Origin: a virus
Lineage: Duplodnaviria; Caudoviricetes
Reading direction: 5' to 3' (one strand)
DNA length: 64,000 nucleotides
Virus record (IMG/VR): IMGVR_UViG_3300038530_003247
Location: 65,192-129,191 of that record
The notes under the pieces are model-generated. The model had not been told where the DNA came from. It did no database searches and saw only the letters and a list, made by a program, of their open reading frames with translations. The position numbers were made by a program, and so were the translations under genes. This document shows, one piece after another, positions 17,985 through 25,945 of this stretch (its first letter is position 1; each line of letters starts with the position of its first letter).

Positions 17985-19192
17985 GAAAACAATGGACTAA
18001 ACAGGAACTGATTGACTTTGAGAGTGAGATTGGTGTTCTTTATGAGAACAACCAACTCCCCTTCTTGTTTCACCTCTCAGGAGGAAATGAAGATCAACTC
18101 ATTGATATCTTCAGTCAAATTAATGAAGGAGACTGGGTGATTTCGAATCACAGAAGTCACTATCATGCACTTCTTCATGGCATTCCTCCTGAGATTGTCA
18201 AACAAAGAGTCATTGATGGACGAAGTATGTTCATCTACGATAAACAACGGAAGTTCTTTGTCTCTGCCATCATTGGTGGAACTCCTGCCATTGCTGCTGG
18301 AATTGCCTGGGCATTGAAGAAGAAAGGAAGTCAGAATAAGGTCTGGTGTTTCATTGGTGATGGAACAGAGGATAATGGACATCTGTTTGAGGCTGCTCGT
18401 TATGTTGATGGTTGGAATCTTCCTTGTAACTTTGTGATCGAGAGTAACAATCGATCTGTGGAGGCATCCAATGAGGACCGTTGGGGAACTCAATCAAACC
18501 TTCAGTGGAACTTTGATTGTGTGACCAAGTATGAATATGAATGTTCTTATCCTCACTGTCGTAAGCCTGGAATGATTGACCTGGAGGAGGCTCTGAAGGT
18601 CAAGAAGACTGATAAAGAGTACTTCCCTCCCCTTCCTGACTTTAAGTATCCTGACCTCTCTTCAAAGGTCCTGGAGGACAAACCCACTTACAAGGAGGGT
18701 GTCAAGAGATCAATGCAGAAACTGGCTGAGAGAGGTGCCATCTTCATTGGTTACAACGTCAAGTATGGAAAGGCAATGGGAACACTTGAGGGTGTTCCTG
18801 ATGACCAACTGGTGGAGACACCAGTTGCAGAGAACCTGATGTCAGGACTGGCCATCGGAATGAGTTTCGAAGGTTTCCTTCCTGTCATTTACTTTGAACG
18901 ACATGACTTTATGTTGGTGGCAGCAGACGCCATTGTGAATCACATTGATAAGATTGAACGCATTTCTCATGGTGAGTTCAAGGTTCCTGTTATAATGAGA
19001 GCTGTGACCGCAGACGCTGGTCCATTCTACTCTGGTCCAACTCACTCACAGAACCTAACAGAAATGTTTAGACGAGCTGTTGACTTCCCTGTCATCTGTC
19101 CTCAGGATGGTCTTGGTGTGATTTGGGCTGTGGATGGAGCACTTGCAAGTGGTCAACCCATGATGTTGATTGAGAAGAAATCACTTTACTGA
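17981..19192 (+). CDS. TPP-dependent enzyme: fused E1-alpha-like and pyrimidine-binding domains
   Basis: HLSGGNE, HRSHYH, GDG...NN TPP motif; ETPVAENLMSGLAIG, HSQ. Confidence 0.85.
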   Translation: MRKQWTKQELIDFESEIGVLYENNQLPFLFHLSGGNEDQLIDIFSQINEGDWVISNHRSHYHALLHGIPPEIVKQRVIDGRSMFIYDKQRKFFVSAIIGGTPAIAAGIAWALKKKGSQNKVWCFIGDGTEDNGHLFEAARYVDGWNLPCNFVIESNNRSVEASNEDRWGTQSNLQWNFDCVTKYEYECSYPHCRKPGMIDLEEALKVKKTDKEYFPPLPDFKYPDLSSKVLEDKPTYKEGVKRSMQKLAERGAIFIGYNVKYGKAMGTLEGVPDDQLVETPVAENLMSGLAIGMSFEGFLPVIYFERHDFMLVAADAIVNHIDKIERISHGEFKVPVIMRAVTADAGPFYSGPTHSQNLTEMFRRAVDFPVICPQDGLGVIWAVDGALASGQPMMLIEKKSLY

Positions 19193-19193
19193 T

Positions 19194-19937
19194 ATGACAA
19201 AGAAACGTATTCTTGTTATTGGTGACAGTTGTAGAGACGTTTACACTTATTGTGAGGCTTCACGTCTGGCTCCGGATCGTCCGGTCCCAGTCTTGGAGCC
19301 TGTTCATGTAGATAAGATGCCTGGGATGGCAATGAATGTCTATGAGAACTTGATTAAGATGACATCAAAGAGTAGTGTGGACATCGTCACAAACTCTAAC
19401 TGGAAGTCAATTCGTAAAGAACGATTTGTTGATTCCAAGAGTAACCACATGTTTATTCGTGTGGACCATGGTGAAGAGGTTGAGAGGTGTGATGTGAGTC
19501 AGCTCAACCTTGATTATGATTGCATTGTTATTTCAGATTACGATAAAGGTTTTCTCACAGAAGCTGACATTGATGAGATCTGTCGGAAACATGACAACGT
19601 GATTCTTGATACAAAGAAACAACTGGGTGTCTGGGCAACAGATGCAACATGGATTAAGATCAATCAACATGAGTATGAGAGGTCAGAAGTCTTCATAAGG
19701 AGATACATGCCAAACAACATCATCAAGACCCTTGGTGGTGAGGGGTGTGAGTATGGTGGAGAAGTTTATCCTGTACTAAAAAAGAAACAAGTTATTGATG
19801 TTTCTGGTGCTGGTGACACCTTCTTGGCTGCTTTCGTGGTAAGATGGTGTCAAGATAGAGATGTAGTTGGTGCAATCAAAGTTGCCAATCACATGGCATC
19901 CAAAGTCGTATCTAAAAGAGGAACAAGCACACCATGA
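19194..19937 (+). CDS. PfkB sugar kinase, HldE/RfaE domain I-like
   Basis: ILVIGD..D.Y, ISDYDKG, KINQHE, DVSGAGDTF. Confidence 0.88.
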   Translation: MTKKRILVIGDSCRDVYTYCEASRLAPDRPVPVLEPVHVDKMPGMAMNVYENLIKMTSKSSVDIVTNSNWKSIRKERFVDSKSNHMFIRVDHGEEVERCDVSQLNLDYDCIVISDYDKGFLTEADIDEICRKHDNVILDTKKQLGVWATDATWIKINQHEYERSEVFIRRYMPNNIIKTLGGEGCEYGGEVYPVLKKKQVIDVSGAGDTFLAAFVVRWCQDRDVVGAIKVANHMASKVVSKRGTSTP

Positions 19938-20740
19938 TGTCAATCATAACCGGACATAAAGGTTTCATTGGACAGAACCTCTATAACACTCTGAAGGTCA
20001 TGGGTCATGATCCTATTGGGATTGAGATTAAAAATGCTTGGAATTTCATAGAGAACTTTAATGACTGGAAAAATGTAAGTGCTGTTTATCACCTTGGTGC
20101 AATCTCCGATACAAGGGAGACTGATCTCGATAAGATTTACAATTACAACATTGACTTCAGTCGAGCTTTATTTGAAGCTTGTGCTATGAATGGAGTTACT
20201 GTAAAGACTGCATCATCGGCAAGTGTGTATGGTAACCTTGTTCATGAGATCAATCCTCTCAATTATTATGCTCTGTCTAAACTGACGATGGATTATTGGA
20301 TTGAAGATCACATTTCACACTTCCCTTTGATCCAATCATTCAGGTTCTTCAATGTTTATGGAGACGGTGAGGAAGATAAGGTCAGGAAAGGAACAGCTTC
20401 TCCTGTCTCGACATTCATTCACCAGGCAAAGACCAAAGGATTTGTCAAAGTCTTTAGGGGGTCAGAGGACTTCATGAGAGACTTTGTTTGTGTGAGAGAT
20501 GTTGTCTCTCTGATGATCAAGAACAATGAAAAAAGTGGTGTTTATGATCTTGGAACAAGTAATCCAATCTCATTTCAGATGGTGGCAGAGTTGGTCTGTG
20601 CGAAGTATGGAGCAAAGATAAAGGAAGTCCCTTTTCCTAAAGACTTGGATGGTAAGTATCAGATCTTCACCTCAGCCAAGAGGGATTTCAAACACAACTT
20701 TATCACCGTGAGAGATTACCTGGAGTCAATTCATGAGTAA
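19934..20740 (+). CDS. ADP-heptose 6-epimerase-like (HldD/RfaD)
   Basis: GHKGFIG, HLGAIS.T, ASSASVYG, PLNYYALSK, RFFNVYG, RDFV. Confidence 0.82.
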   Translation: MMSIITGHKGFIGQNLYNTLKVMGHDPIGIEIKNAWNFIENFNDWKNVSAVYHLGAISDTRETDLDKIYNYNIDFSRALFEACAMNGVTVKTASSASVYGNLVHEINPLNYYALSKLTMDYWIEDHISHFPLIQSFRFFNVYGDGEEDKVRKGTASPVSTFIHQAKTKGFVKVFRGSEDFMRDFVCVRDVVSLMIKNNEKSGVYDLGTSNPISFQMVAELVCAKYGAKIKEVPFPKDLDGKYQIFTSAKRDFKHNFITVRDYLESIHE

Positions 20741-21143
20741 AATCGTATGGACAAATGGATGTTTTGACATCCTCCACCCTGGTCATATCGAACTCTTTAA
20801 GATTGGAAAGACACTTTCCAATGGAGGTAAGTTGATCGTTGGTCTTGATTATGACGAGAAGGTGAAGGTGGATAAGGGTGCCGAGAGACCCATCAACACT
20901 TTTCAAGACAGAAAGATCATGCTAGAATGCATTAAATATATTGATGTGGTTCTTGGATTTGGATCAAGAAAAGAACTTGAAGACCTTATTGAGTTACACA
21001 GACCTGACATTCTAATTGACGGAGGAGAATGGCGCCATGATGGAGTGGGACGAGAATTTGCGAAGGAAACTCGGTTTTTCAATCGGATCGGAGGATATTC
21101 CTCCAGTGAAATCATCGAAAGAATCCGCAGCGGATCCAATTAA
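20733..21143 (+). CDS. Sugar-phosphate nucleotidyltransferase, HldE/RfaE domain II-like
   Basis: TNGCFDILHPGH, KG..RPIN, GYSSSEII. Confidence 0.88.
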   Translation: MSKIVWTNGCFDILHPGHIELFKIGKTLSNGGKLIVGLDYDEKVKVDKGAERPINTFQDRKIMLECIKYIDVVLGFGSRKELEDLIELHRPDILIDGGEWRHDGVGREFAKETRFFNRIGGYSSSEIIERIRSGSN

Positions 21144-21480
21144 GTTTGTTCCCAAAGGTTGGGGATACGAAAAGTGGATCGCCAACGGGCCTGAATACTG
21201 TGGTAAGCTTTTGTTTATTGCAAAGGACAGGAAATGTTCATGGCACTATCATGAACTGAAAGATGAGGTCTTCTTCATTTACAAAGGTGCCATTGAGGTT
21301 TATCATTCTACTGGGGACAGTCTTGAGAGTGCAGATATGACTCTCCTGGGTCCCGGTGAGAAGTTTCATGTTCCTCGTGGGATGAGACACCAGATGGTTG
21401 CTCTTGCTGATACAGAGTTGTTTGAGTTTAGTACTCAACACTTTGATTCAGATTCTCACAGAATTATCAAAGGAGATTGA
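21106..21480 (+). CDS. Cupin (sugar isomerase-like)
   Basis: VPKGWG, SWHYH..KDE, H ligands; GTG 21106 has GGAGGA SD; start uncertain. Confidence 0.78.
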   Translation: MKSSKESAADPIKFVPKGWGYEKWIANGPEYCGKLLFIAKDRKCSWHYHELKDEVFFIYKGAIEVYHSTGDSLESADMTLLGPGEKFHVPRGMRHQMVALADTELFEFSTQHFDSDSHRIIKGD

Positions 21481-21818
21481 TGAAAAGGTATTGTATTGAC
21501 ATTGACGGTACAATCTGTACCCCCACAGTTGGTAGAGATTATGAATCCGCTAAACCTTTTCCTGAAAGGATTGCAAGTATCAATGAGATGTATGATCAAG
21601 GACATTACATCATCTTCTTTACTGCAAGGGCGATGGGTCGATTCTGTGGTGACCCTGACGACAGACAGAAAGCTGAGGATCTTATGAGAGATCTCACAGA
21701 GAAACAACTTGAGAAGTGGGGAGTGAAGTATCACGAACTTCTTTTCGGTAAACCACACGCCGATGTTTTCATCGACGACAAAGCTGTAAGTGACAAGGAT
21801 TGGTTCTGTTATGGTTAG
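21480..21818 (+). CDS. HAD-family phosphatase (capsule-biosynthesis type)
   Basis: DIDGT, FTAR, GKP..D.FIDDK. Confidence 0.82.
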   Translation: MKRYCIDIDGTICTPTVGRDYESAKPFPERIASINEMYDQGHYIIFFTARAMGRFCGDPDDRQKAEDLMRDLTEKQLEKWGVKYHELLFGKPHADVFIDDKAVSDKDWFCYG

Positions 21819-22605
21819 AGACAAGAATAAATCACTCTCCAAAGTAAAAGGGATTGGTCCAATTTATTATCTCAATCTTGATGGGCAACCTGAGAGACGT
21901 GAGTTTATGGAGGAGCAGTTCAAGTACTGGGAGATTGATAATTACAAAAGAATCTCTGCTTATGATGGTCGAGACGATGACCTGAGTGACATCATCAAGG
22001 GACGTTATCCTGACATGATGACCTCTGGTGAGATTGGTTGCACAACATCACACCTCAAGGCTATCAAGGAGTTCTATGAGACTGGAGAACCTTATGCAAT
22101 CATCATGGAAGATGATTGTAGTCTTGACTTGATTCGGTTCTGGAACTTTACATGGAAGGACTTTTACTCTAGGATCCCTTATGATTGGGATGTCGTACAG
22201 ATTGCAATCATCTGTACAGGAGATATTCACATCAAAATCCATAAGAGATTTGTGAATGAGTTCTCAACCGCTTGTTATCTTATCACTCGTCATCATGCCG
22301 AGAAGATGATCAAGCTTCACTGTAGAGGTGACAAGTATAAGTTGGACAATGGAGTGAGACCTCGTCCCGTTGCGGATGACCTTCTCTATAACTCTGGAAA
22401 CACTTATTCAATCCCTCTTCTTCTTTATCATATTCCCTTGGGATCATCGATTCATCCTGATCATGTTGACGCATTTCATAAAGGAAACTTCGATGCACAA
22501 ATGAACTTCTGGCAAAACATGGGAGCTCAGAAGACAGTTGATGAGTTGATGGATTATGATCCCTATCTGGGTCGTGTCAGTGAGTCATCAGCAAACGGGG
22601 GATAA
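21811..22605 (+). CDS. Glycosyltransferase family 25
   Basis: YYLNL...RR, SAYDG, GEIGCTTSH, IMEDD. Confidence 0.85.
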   Translation: MVRDKNKSLSKVKGIGPIYYLNLDGQPERREFMEEQFKYWEIDNYKRISAYDGRDDDLSDIIKGRYPDMMTSGEIGCTTSHLKAIKEFYETGEPYAIIMEDDCSLDLIRFWNFTWKDFYSRIPYDWDVVQIAIICTGDIHIKIHKRFVNEFSTACYLITRHHAEKMIKLHCRGDKYKLDNGVRPRPVADDLLYNSGNTYSIPLLLYHIPLGSSIHPDHVDAFHKGNFDAQMNFWQNMGAQKTVDELMDYDPYLGRVSESSANGG

Positions 22606-22646
22606 ATAAAGAAAACCCAACAATAATCAATTAGCCATTATCAAAT

Positions 22647-22934
22647 ATGGAAAAAGAGGTATCTGACTTTTCTCTTAAGAGGAAAGAGTGTTCTGTTTGT
22701 AAGGCGGTCTGGATCAACGATCAACACATCTGGTCTGGAACTGGTGCTCAGGGGGACGAACAGACACTCCACAACTTGGTGTGTTACTCTCAACCTGATG
22801 GGTCTGGGTGTATCAATCCAGCAAGAGAAGGTAAGGGTGGACAGATGTATCCAGATAAAGACTCTTGGGAAAAGAGATCCCAAAAGATTGAACAACTTAT
22901 GAAAGACATGGAGAACGGTAATGCCTCGTGGTAA
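22647..22934 (+). CDS. Conserved cyanophage hypothetical protein (CxxC)
   Basis: CSVCKAVWINDQHIW...LHNLVC...CIN. Confidence 0.7.
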   Translation: MEKEVSDFSLKRKECSVCKAVWINDQHIWSGTGAQGDEQTLHNLVCYSQPDGSGCINPAREGKGGQMYPDKDSWEKRSQKIEQLMKDMENGNASW

Positions 22935-23076
22935 AATTGACAGAATCGGAGCTGAATCACGGATTTATAAGCTTATGACCAGACTAGATTCTGAGTCCTG
23001 TCCTGACAATGAGAAGTACATTGCAAAAAGGTATCTTAATTATGTCTTAGATTACATAAAGGAACATACGAATTAG
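22921..23076 (+). CDS. Small hypothetical protein (below cutoff)
   Basis: MPRGKID...RYLNYVLDYIKE; GGAG SD. Confidence 0.55.
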   Translation: MPRGKIDRIGAESRIYKLMTRLDSESCPDNEKYIAKRYLNYVLDYIKEHTN

Positions 23077-23091
23077 AATAGATAAATAAAC

Positions 23092-23185
23092 CTTGGGCGA
23101 ATGGCTCAATTACTATCGCTAGCCCAAGAAAAACACAGAGACATGTCGAGTCTCTTATCATCCGTGGGTTAAACTCCACGAGACA
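23092..23185 (+). ncRNA. Structured 5' leader (three hairpins) of the outer-membrane protein gene
   Basis: CTTGGGC/GCCCAAG, AGAGAC/GTCTCT, CGTGG/CCACG; ATAAATA immediately upstream. Confidence 0.4.
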
Positions 23186-23199
23186 AAAAGGTAAAACAA

Positions 23200-23574
23200 A
23201 TGTTCAAATCTGTATTCGCAGCAACCGCTGTAATGTCCATGTCCGCTGGTGCTGCATTTGCAGGGCCCTACGTTAACGTAGAAACCAACGCTGGTTGGGT
23301 TGGCGATGACTATCAGGCCGCAACGACTGAATTCCACCTTGGCTATGAAGGTGAACTCGGTACCGACGCTGGTTGGTACATCCAGGGTGGCCCCGCGCTG
23401 GTGAGCGTTGACGGTGAGCCCACCGAGGCCGAGCTTTCTGGTAAGATTGGTGTTGGCGTTGACGTTGACGAGAACGTTAACATCTATGGAGAACTGGCTG
23501 TCCTGACCGATGGCAAAGACCTGGACGATGACCTGAATGTTGGCGCTAAGTTTGGTGTCAAGTGGACCTTCTGA
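23200..23574 (+). CDS. Small outer-membrane beta-barrel protein
   Basis: Signal peptide ending AFA, alternating beta strands, C-terminal KWTF. Confidence 0.8.
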   Translation: MFKSVFAATAVMSMSAGAAFAGPYVNVETNAGWVGDDYQAATTEFHLGYEGELGTDAGWYIQGGPALVSVDGEPTEAELSGKIGVGVDVDENVNIYGELAVLTDGKDLDDDLNVGAKFGVKWTF

Positions 23575-23599
23575 TCCATACATAGTATGTTATAATACA

Positions 23600-23622
23600 G
23601 GGGGGTCTTCCGACCCCCTTTT
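23600..23622 (+). terminator. Intrinsic terminator
   Basis: GGGGGTC-TTCC-GACCCCC-TTTT. Confidence 0.75.
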
Positions 23623-23653
23623 GACTGCGATAAAATAGTTAAGGTACAGTTAA

Positions 23654-24613
23654 ATGAAAAGAGTGCTTGCCTCAATTCTAGCAGCAGGAGCACTTGTCGG
23701 TTGTGCAAGTGGTCCCAAAGAGACTGTGAGATTAAATGCAGCGGGAGCTACCTTCCCTGCACCTTTGTATAATTCTTGGTTCCAGACAATGGCACGAGAA
23801 GGTGGACCTCAGGTAAACTATCAAGCCATTGGTAGTGGTTCGGGTGTCCGTCAGTTCAATGCTGGTACAACAGATTTCGGAGCATCAGATAAATCCGTCA
23901 AGGACGGTAACGAGAGACCGGTAGTTCAGATTCCAATGACAGGTGGAGCTATCGTTCCTGCCTACAATAATCCTGGATGTGATCTGAGAGTAACTCAGAC
24001 TCAACTTGCAGATATCTTCCTTGGAAACATTGACACCTGGGAAGAGGTAGGTTGTGATGGTGGTACAATCACTGTTGTTCATCGTTCAGATGGTTCTGGT
24101 ACAACAGCTGGATTCACCAACTCTCTTTCTGCATTCTCTCCTGAGTGGAAAAAGAATGTAGGAACTGGTAAGGCGGTTGCATGGCCTACTGGTGTCGGTG
24201 GTAAAGGTAACTCTGGTGTTGCTGGTATCATCAAGAACACTGAAGGTGCTATTGGTTATCTAAATTATGGTTATGTGAATGGTGGTCAGTTCCAACAAGC
24301 CTGGGTTCAGAACAGAGATGGTAACTTTGTTCAAGCCAACGTAGAGACATCTGCTGCAGGTCTGTCACAGATTGTCCTTGACGATCAACTTCGTGGGTCT
24401 GATCCTAACCCCGCAGGTGCAAACTCTTACCCCATCGTCTCTCTGACTTGGGTCTTGGCACATCCAGAACACAAGAACAATGACACGATGAAGGAAGTGT
24501 TTGGTTACATGTTGAGTGACGAAGCTCAGGGTGTATCTGACTCACTGGGATATGTCCCTCTTCCGGAATCGATCCGTGAACAGGCTCGTGAAGTTGTTGA
24601 AACACTCAAATAA
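23654..24613 (+). CDS. pstS: Phosphate ABC transporter substrate-binding protein
   Basis: Lipobox LVGC, GATFPAP, GSGSG, DFGASD, RSDGSGTT, YPI. Confidence 0.96.
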   Translation: MKRVLASILAAGALVGCASGPKETVRLNAAGATFPAPLYNSWFQTMAREGGPQVNYQAIGSGSGVRQFNAGTTDFGASDKSVKDGNERPVVQIPMTGGAIVPAYNNPGCDLRVTQTQLADIFLGNIDTWEEVGCDGGTITVVHRSDGSGTTAGFTNSLSAFSPEWKKNVGTGKAVAWPTGVGGKGNSGVAGIIKNTEGAIGYLNYGYVNGGQFQQAWVQNRDGNFVQANVETSAAGLSQIVLDDQLRGSDPNPAGANSYPIVSLTWVLAHPEHKNNDTMKEVFGYMLSDEAQGVSDSLGYVPLPESIREQAREVVETLK

Positions 24614-24678
24614 ATATCATTGAATATCGTTGCCGCTGAGGGAGTGGTTGGCAAAATCCAACAAACACTCCCTTTTTT
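24610..24678 (+). terminator. Late promoter, short leader and terminator (possible small RNA)
   Basis: ATAAATA 24610-24616; GGGAGTG 24640-24646/CACTCCC 24666-24672, then T6. Confidence 0.65.
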
Positions 24679-24695
24679 CTTGATTAAACTAAATT

Positions 24696-25388
24696 ATGAT
24701 TGAATATTTCCCTTATCATAGGAAACTTCTAAAGAAGAAGATTGTCAAAGAACTTTTAAACTATTTCGACCAGGAGCAGTTGGAACCTGGGACGATGGTT
24801 GGGAATAACAAAGATCAAATCGAAGAAGTAAAGCAAGCTTATAACGGAAACTTCGCAGATCCATATCCAAATAAAATGGTCTGGAATGCCCTGGACCTGG
24901 ATGACGGTTTCGCGTGGAGAACTTTACCAAAAAGTACTGAACCTCCGATGTTATCGAGGAGTGAGGTTGGTCATTTCTATCATCCACATCATGACAGCCC
25001 CTTTCTTGGAGACTACAGTACAACAATTCTTCTGAATGATGATTATGAAGGTGGAGAATTTCAGTTACGAGTTGGTGGTGAGATAAAGAACTACAGATTG
25101 AAATCTGGTGAGGCAATTACTTATCCAACAGGAATGGATCATTGTGTTCGTCCTGTGACCAAAGGAGAAAGGAAGGCACTAATCCTTTGGACCAAGAGTG
25201 ATGTGTCAAATCCTTTCTTAAGAGAGATTAGTTCTCTTGCACAAAAGGCTTCACTTATCATTCGTGATGAAAAAGAAAGGAAAGGAATCAATCCATATCT
25301 TTACCCTGAAGGAATTGAAGATGCCTCAAATGATCCCCATTTCTTGTTAAATAAGATCATCACCATCATCGCCAGGGCCGAGTCTTGA
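24696..25388 (+). CDS. 2OG-Fe(II) oxygenase (PKHD/prolyl-hydroxylase-like)
   Basis: HHD (HxD), LNDDYEGGEF, HCVRPVTKGER. Confidence 0.88.
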   Translation: MIEYFPYHRKLLKKKIVKELLNYFDQEQLEPGTMVGNNKDQIEEVKQAYNGNFADPYPNKMVWNALDLDDGFAWRTLPKSTEPPMLSRSEVGHFYHPHHDSPFLGDYSTTILLNDDYEGGEFQLRVGGEIKNYRLKSGEAITYPTGMDHCVRPVTKGERKALILWTKSDVSNPFLREISSLAQKASLIIRDEKERKGINPYLYPEGIEDASNDPHFLLNKIITIIARAES

Positions 25389-25465
25389 GGTTCTGTATCA
25401 CCCTAAACTCTTCTTTAGGGTGAACTTTTGCATCTTCATAAATCATTATGAGGAGGTAAAGTTAA

Positions 25466-25630
25466 ATGTTTAGGATCAAATTTGAGTGGGACCACGGTCT
25501 TCCTGATTATGATCCAGAAATTCATGATCCAGACAAAGTCTTTAGACTTTTGACTTATCGTGGAGTTTACTATGCTAAATGGGTTTTATTAAAATCCAGA
25601 GGCATACAAAATTGGAAAGTAAATAAATGA
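25466..25630 (+). CDS. 54-aa YRG-motif (DUF4278-like) protein (below cutoff)
   Basis: LLTYRGVYY; strong AGGAGG SD. Confidence 0.7.
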   Translation: MFRIKFEWDHGLPDYDPEIHDPDKVFRLLTYRGVYYAKWVLLKSRGIQNWKVNK

Positions 25631-25664
25631 GGACCTTGACGGGTCCTCTTTTTTGTCTTAGGAT
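25629..25664 (+). terminator. Terminator overlapping a sigma70-like promoter
   Basis: GAGGACC-TTGACG-GGTCCTC-T6; TTGACG-N17-TAGGAT. Confidence 0.7.
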
Positions 25665-25686
25665 GAACACAAATCAATGGAGTTTC

Positions 25687-25920
25687 ATGAAAACTGACCG
25701 TACTTATTATATTGCTTACGATAACGAAACAAGGTTTTGGATTCAGAAAACAAGGTTCGGTTTGTATCAGACAGGGCTTGAGGATGGAACCAAACTTCTG
25801 ACAGGATTGGATAAGGATGGGACTCTGAAGATGACAGCTCAACACATTGTCTGGATGAAGGAGGGTTTCCCTGATCCACCGAGTGGTTCTTATGATAGTG
25901 TGGTTGGTGGAAAACTCTAA
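25687..25920 (+). CDS. Hypothetical protein
   Basis: TRFGLY...LLTGL...YDSVVGGKL. Confidence 0.65.
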   Translation: MKTDRTYYIAYDNETRFWIQKTRFGLYQTGLEDGTKLLTGLDKDGTLKMTAQHIVWMKEGFPDPPSGSYDSVVGGKL

Positions 25921-25945
25921 ATAAAGAGAAGAGTAGGACCATTAG

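Noticed and set aside
23638-23655. GTTAA repeated at 11-bp spacing before pstS as a Pho box
   Set aside because: Only two half-sites, the second overlapping the start codon; too weak to call
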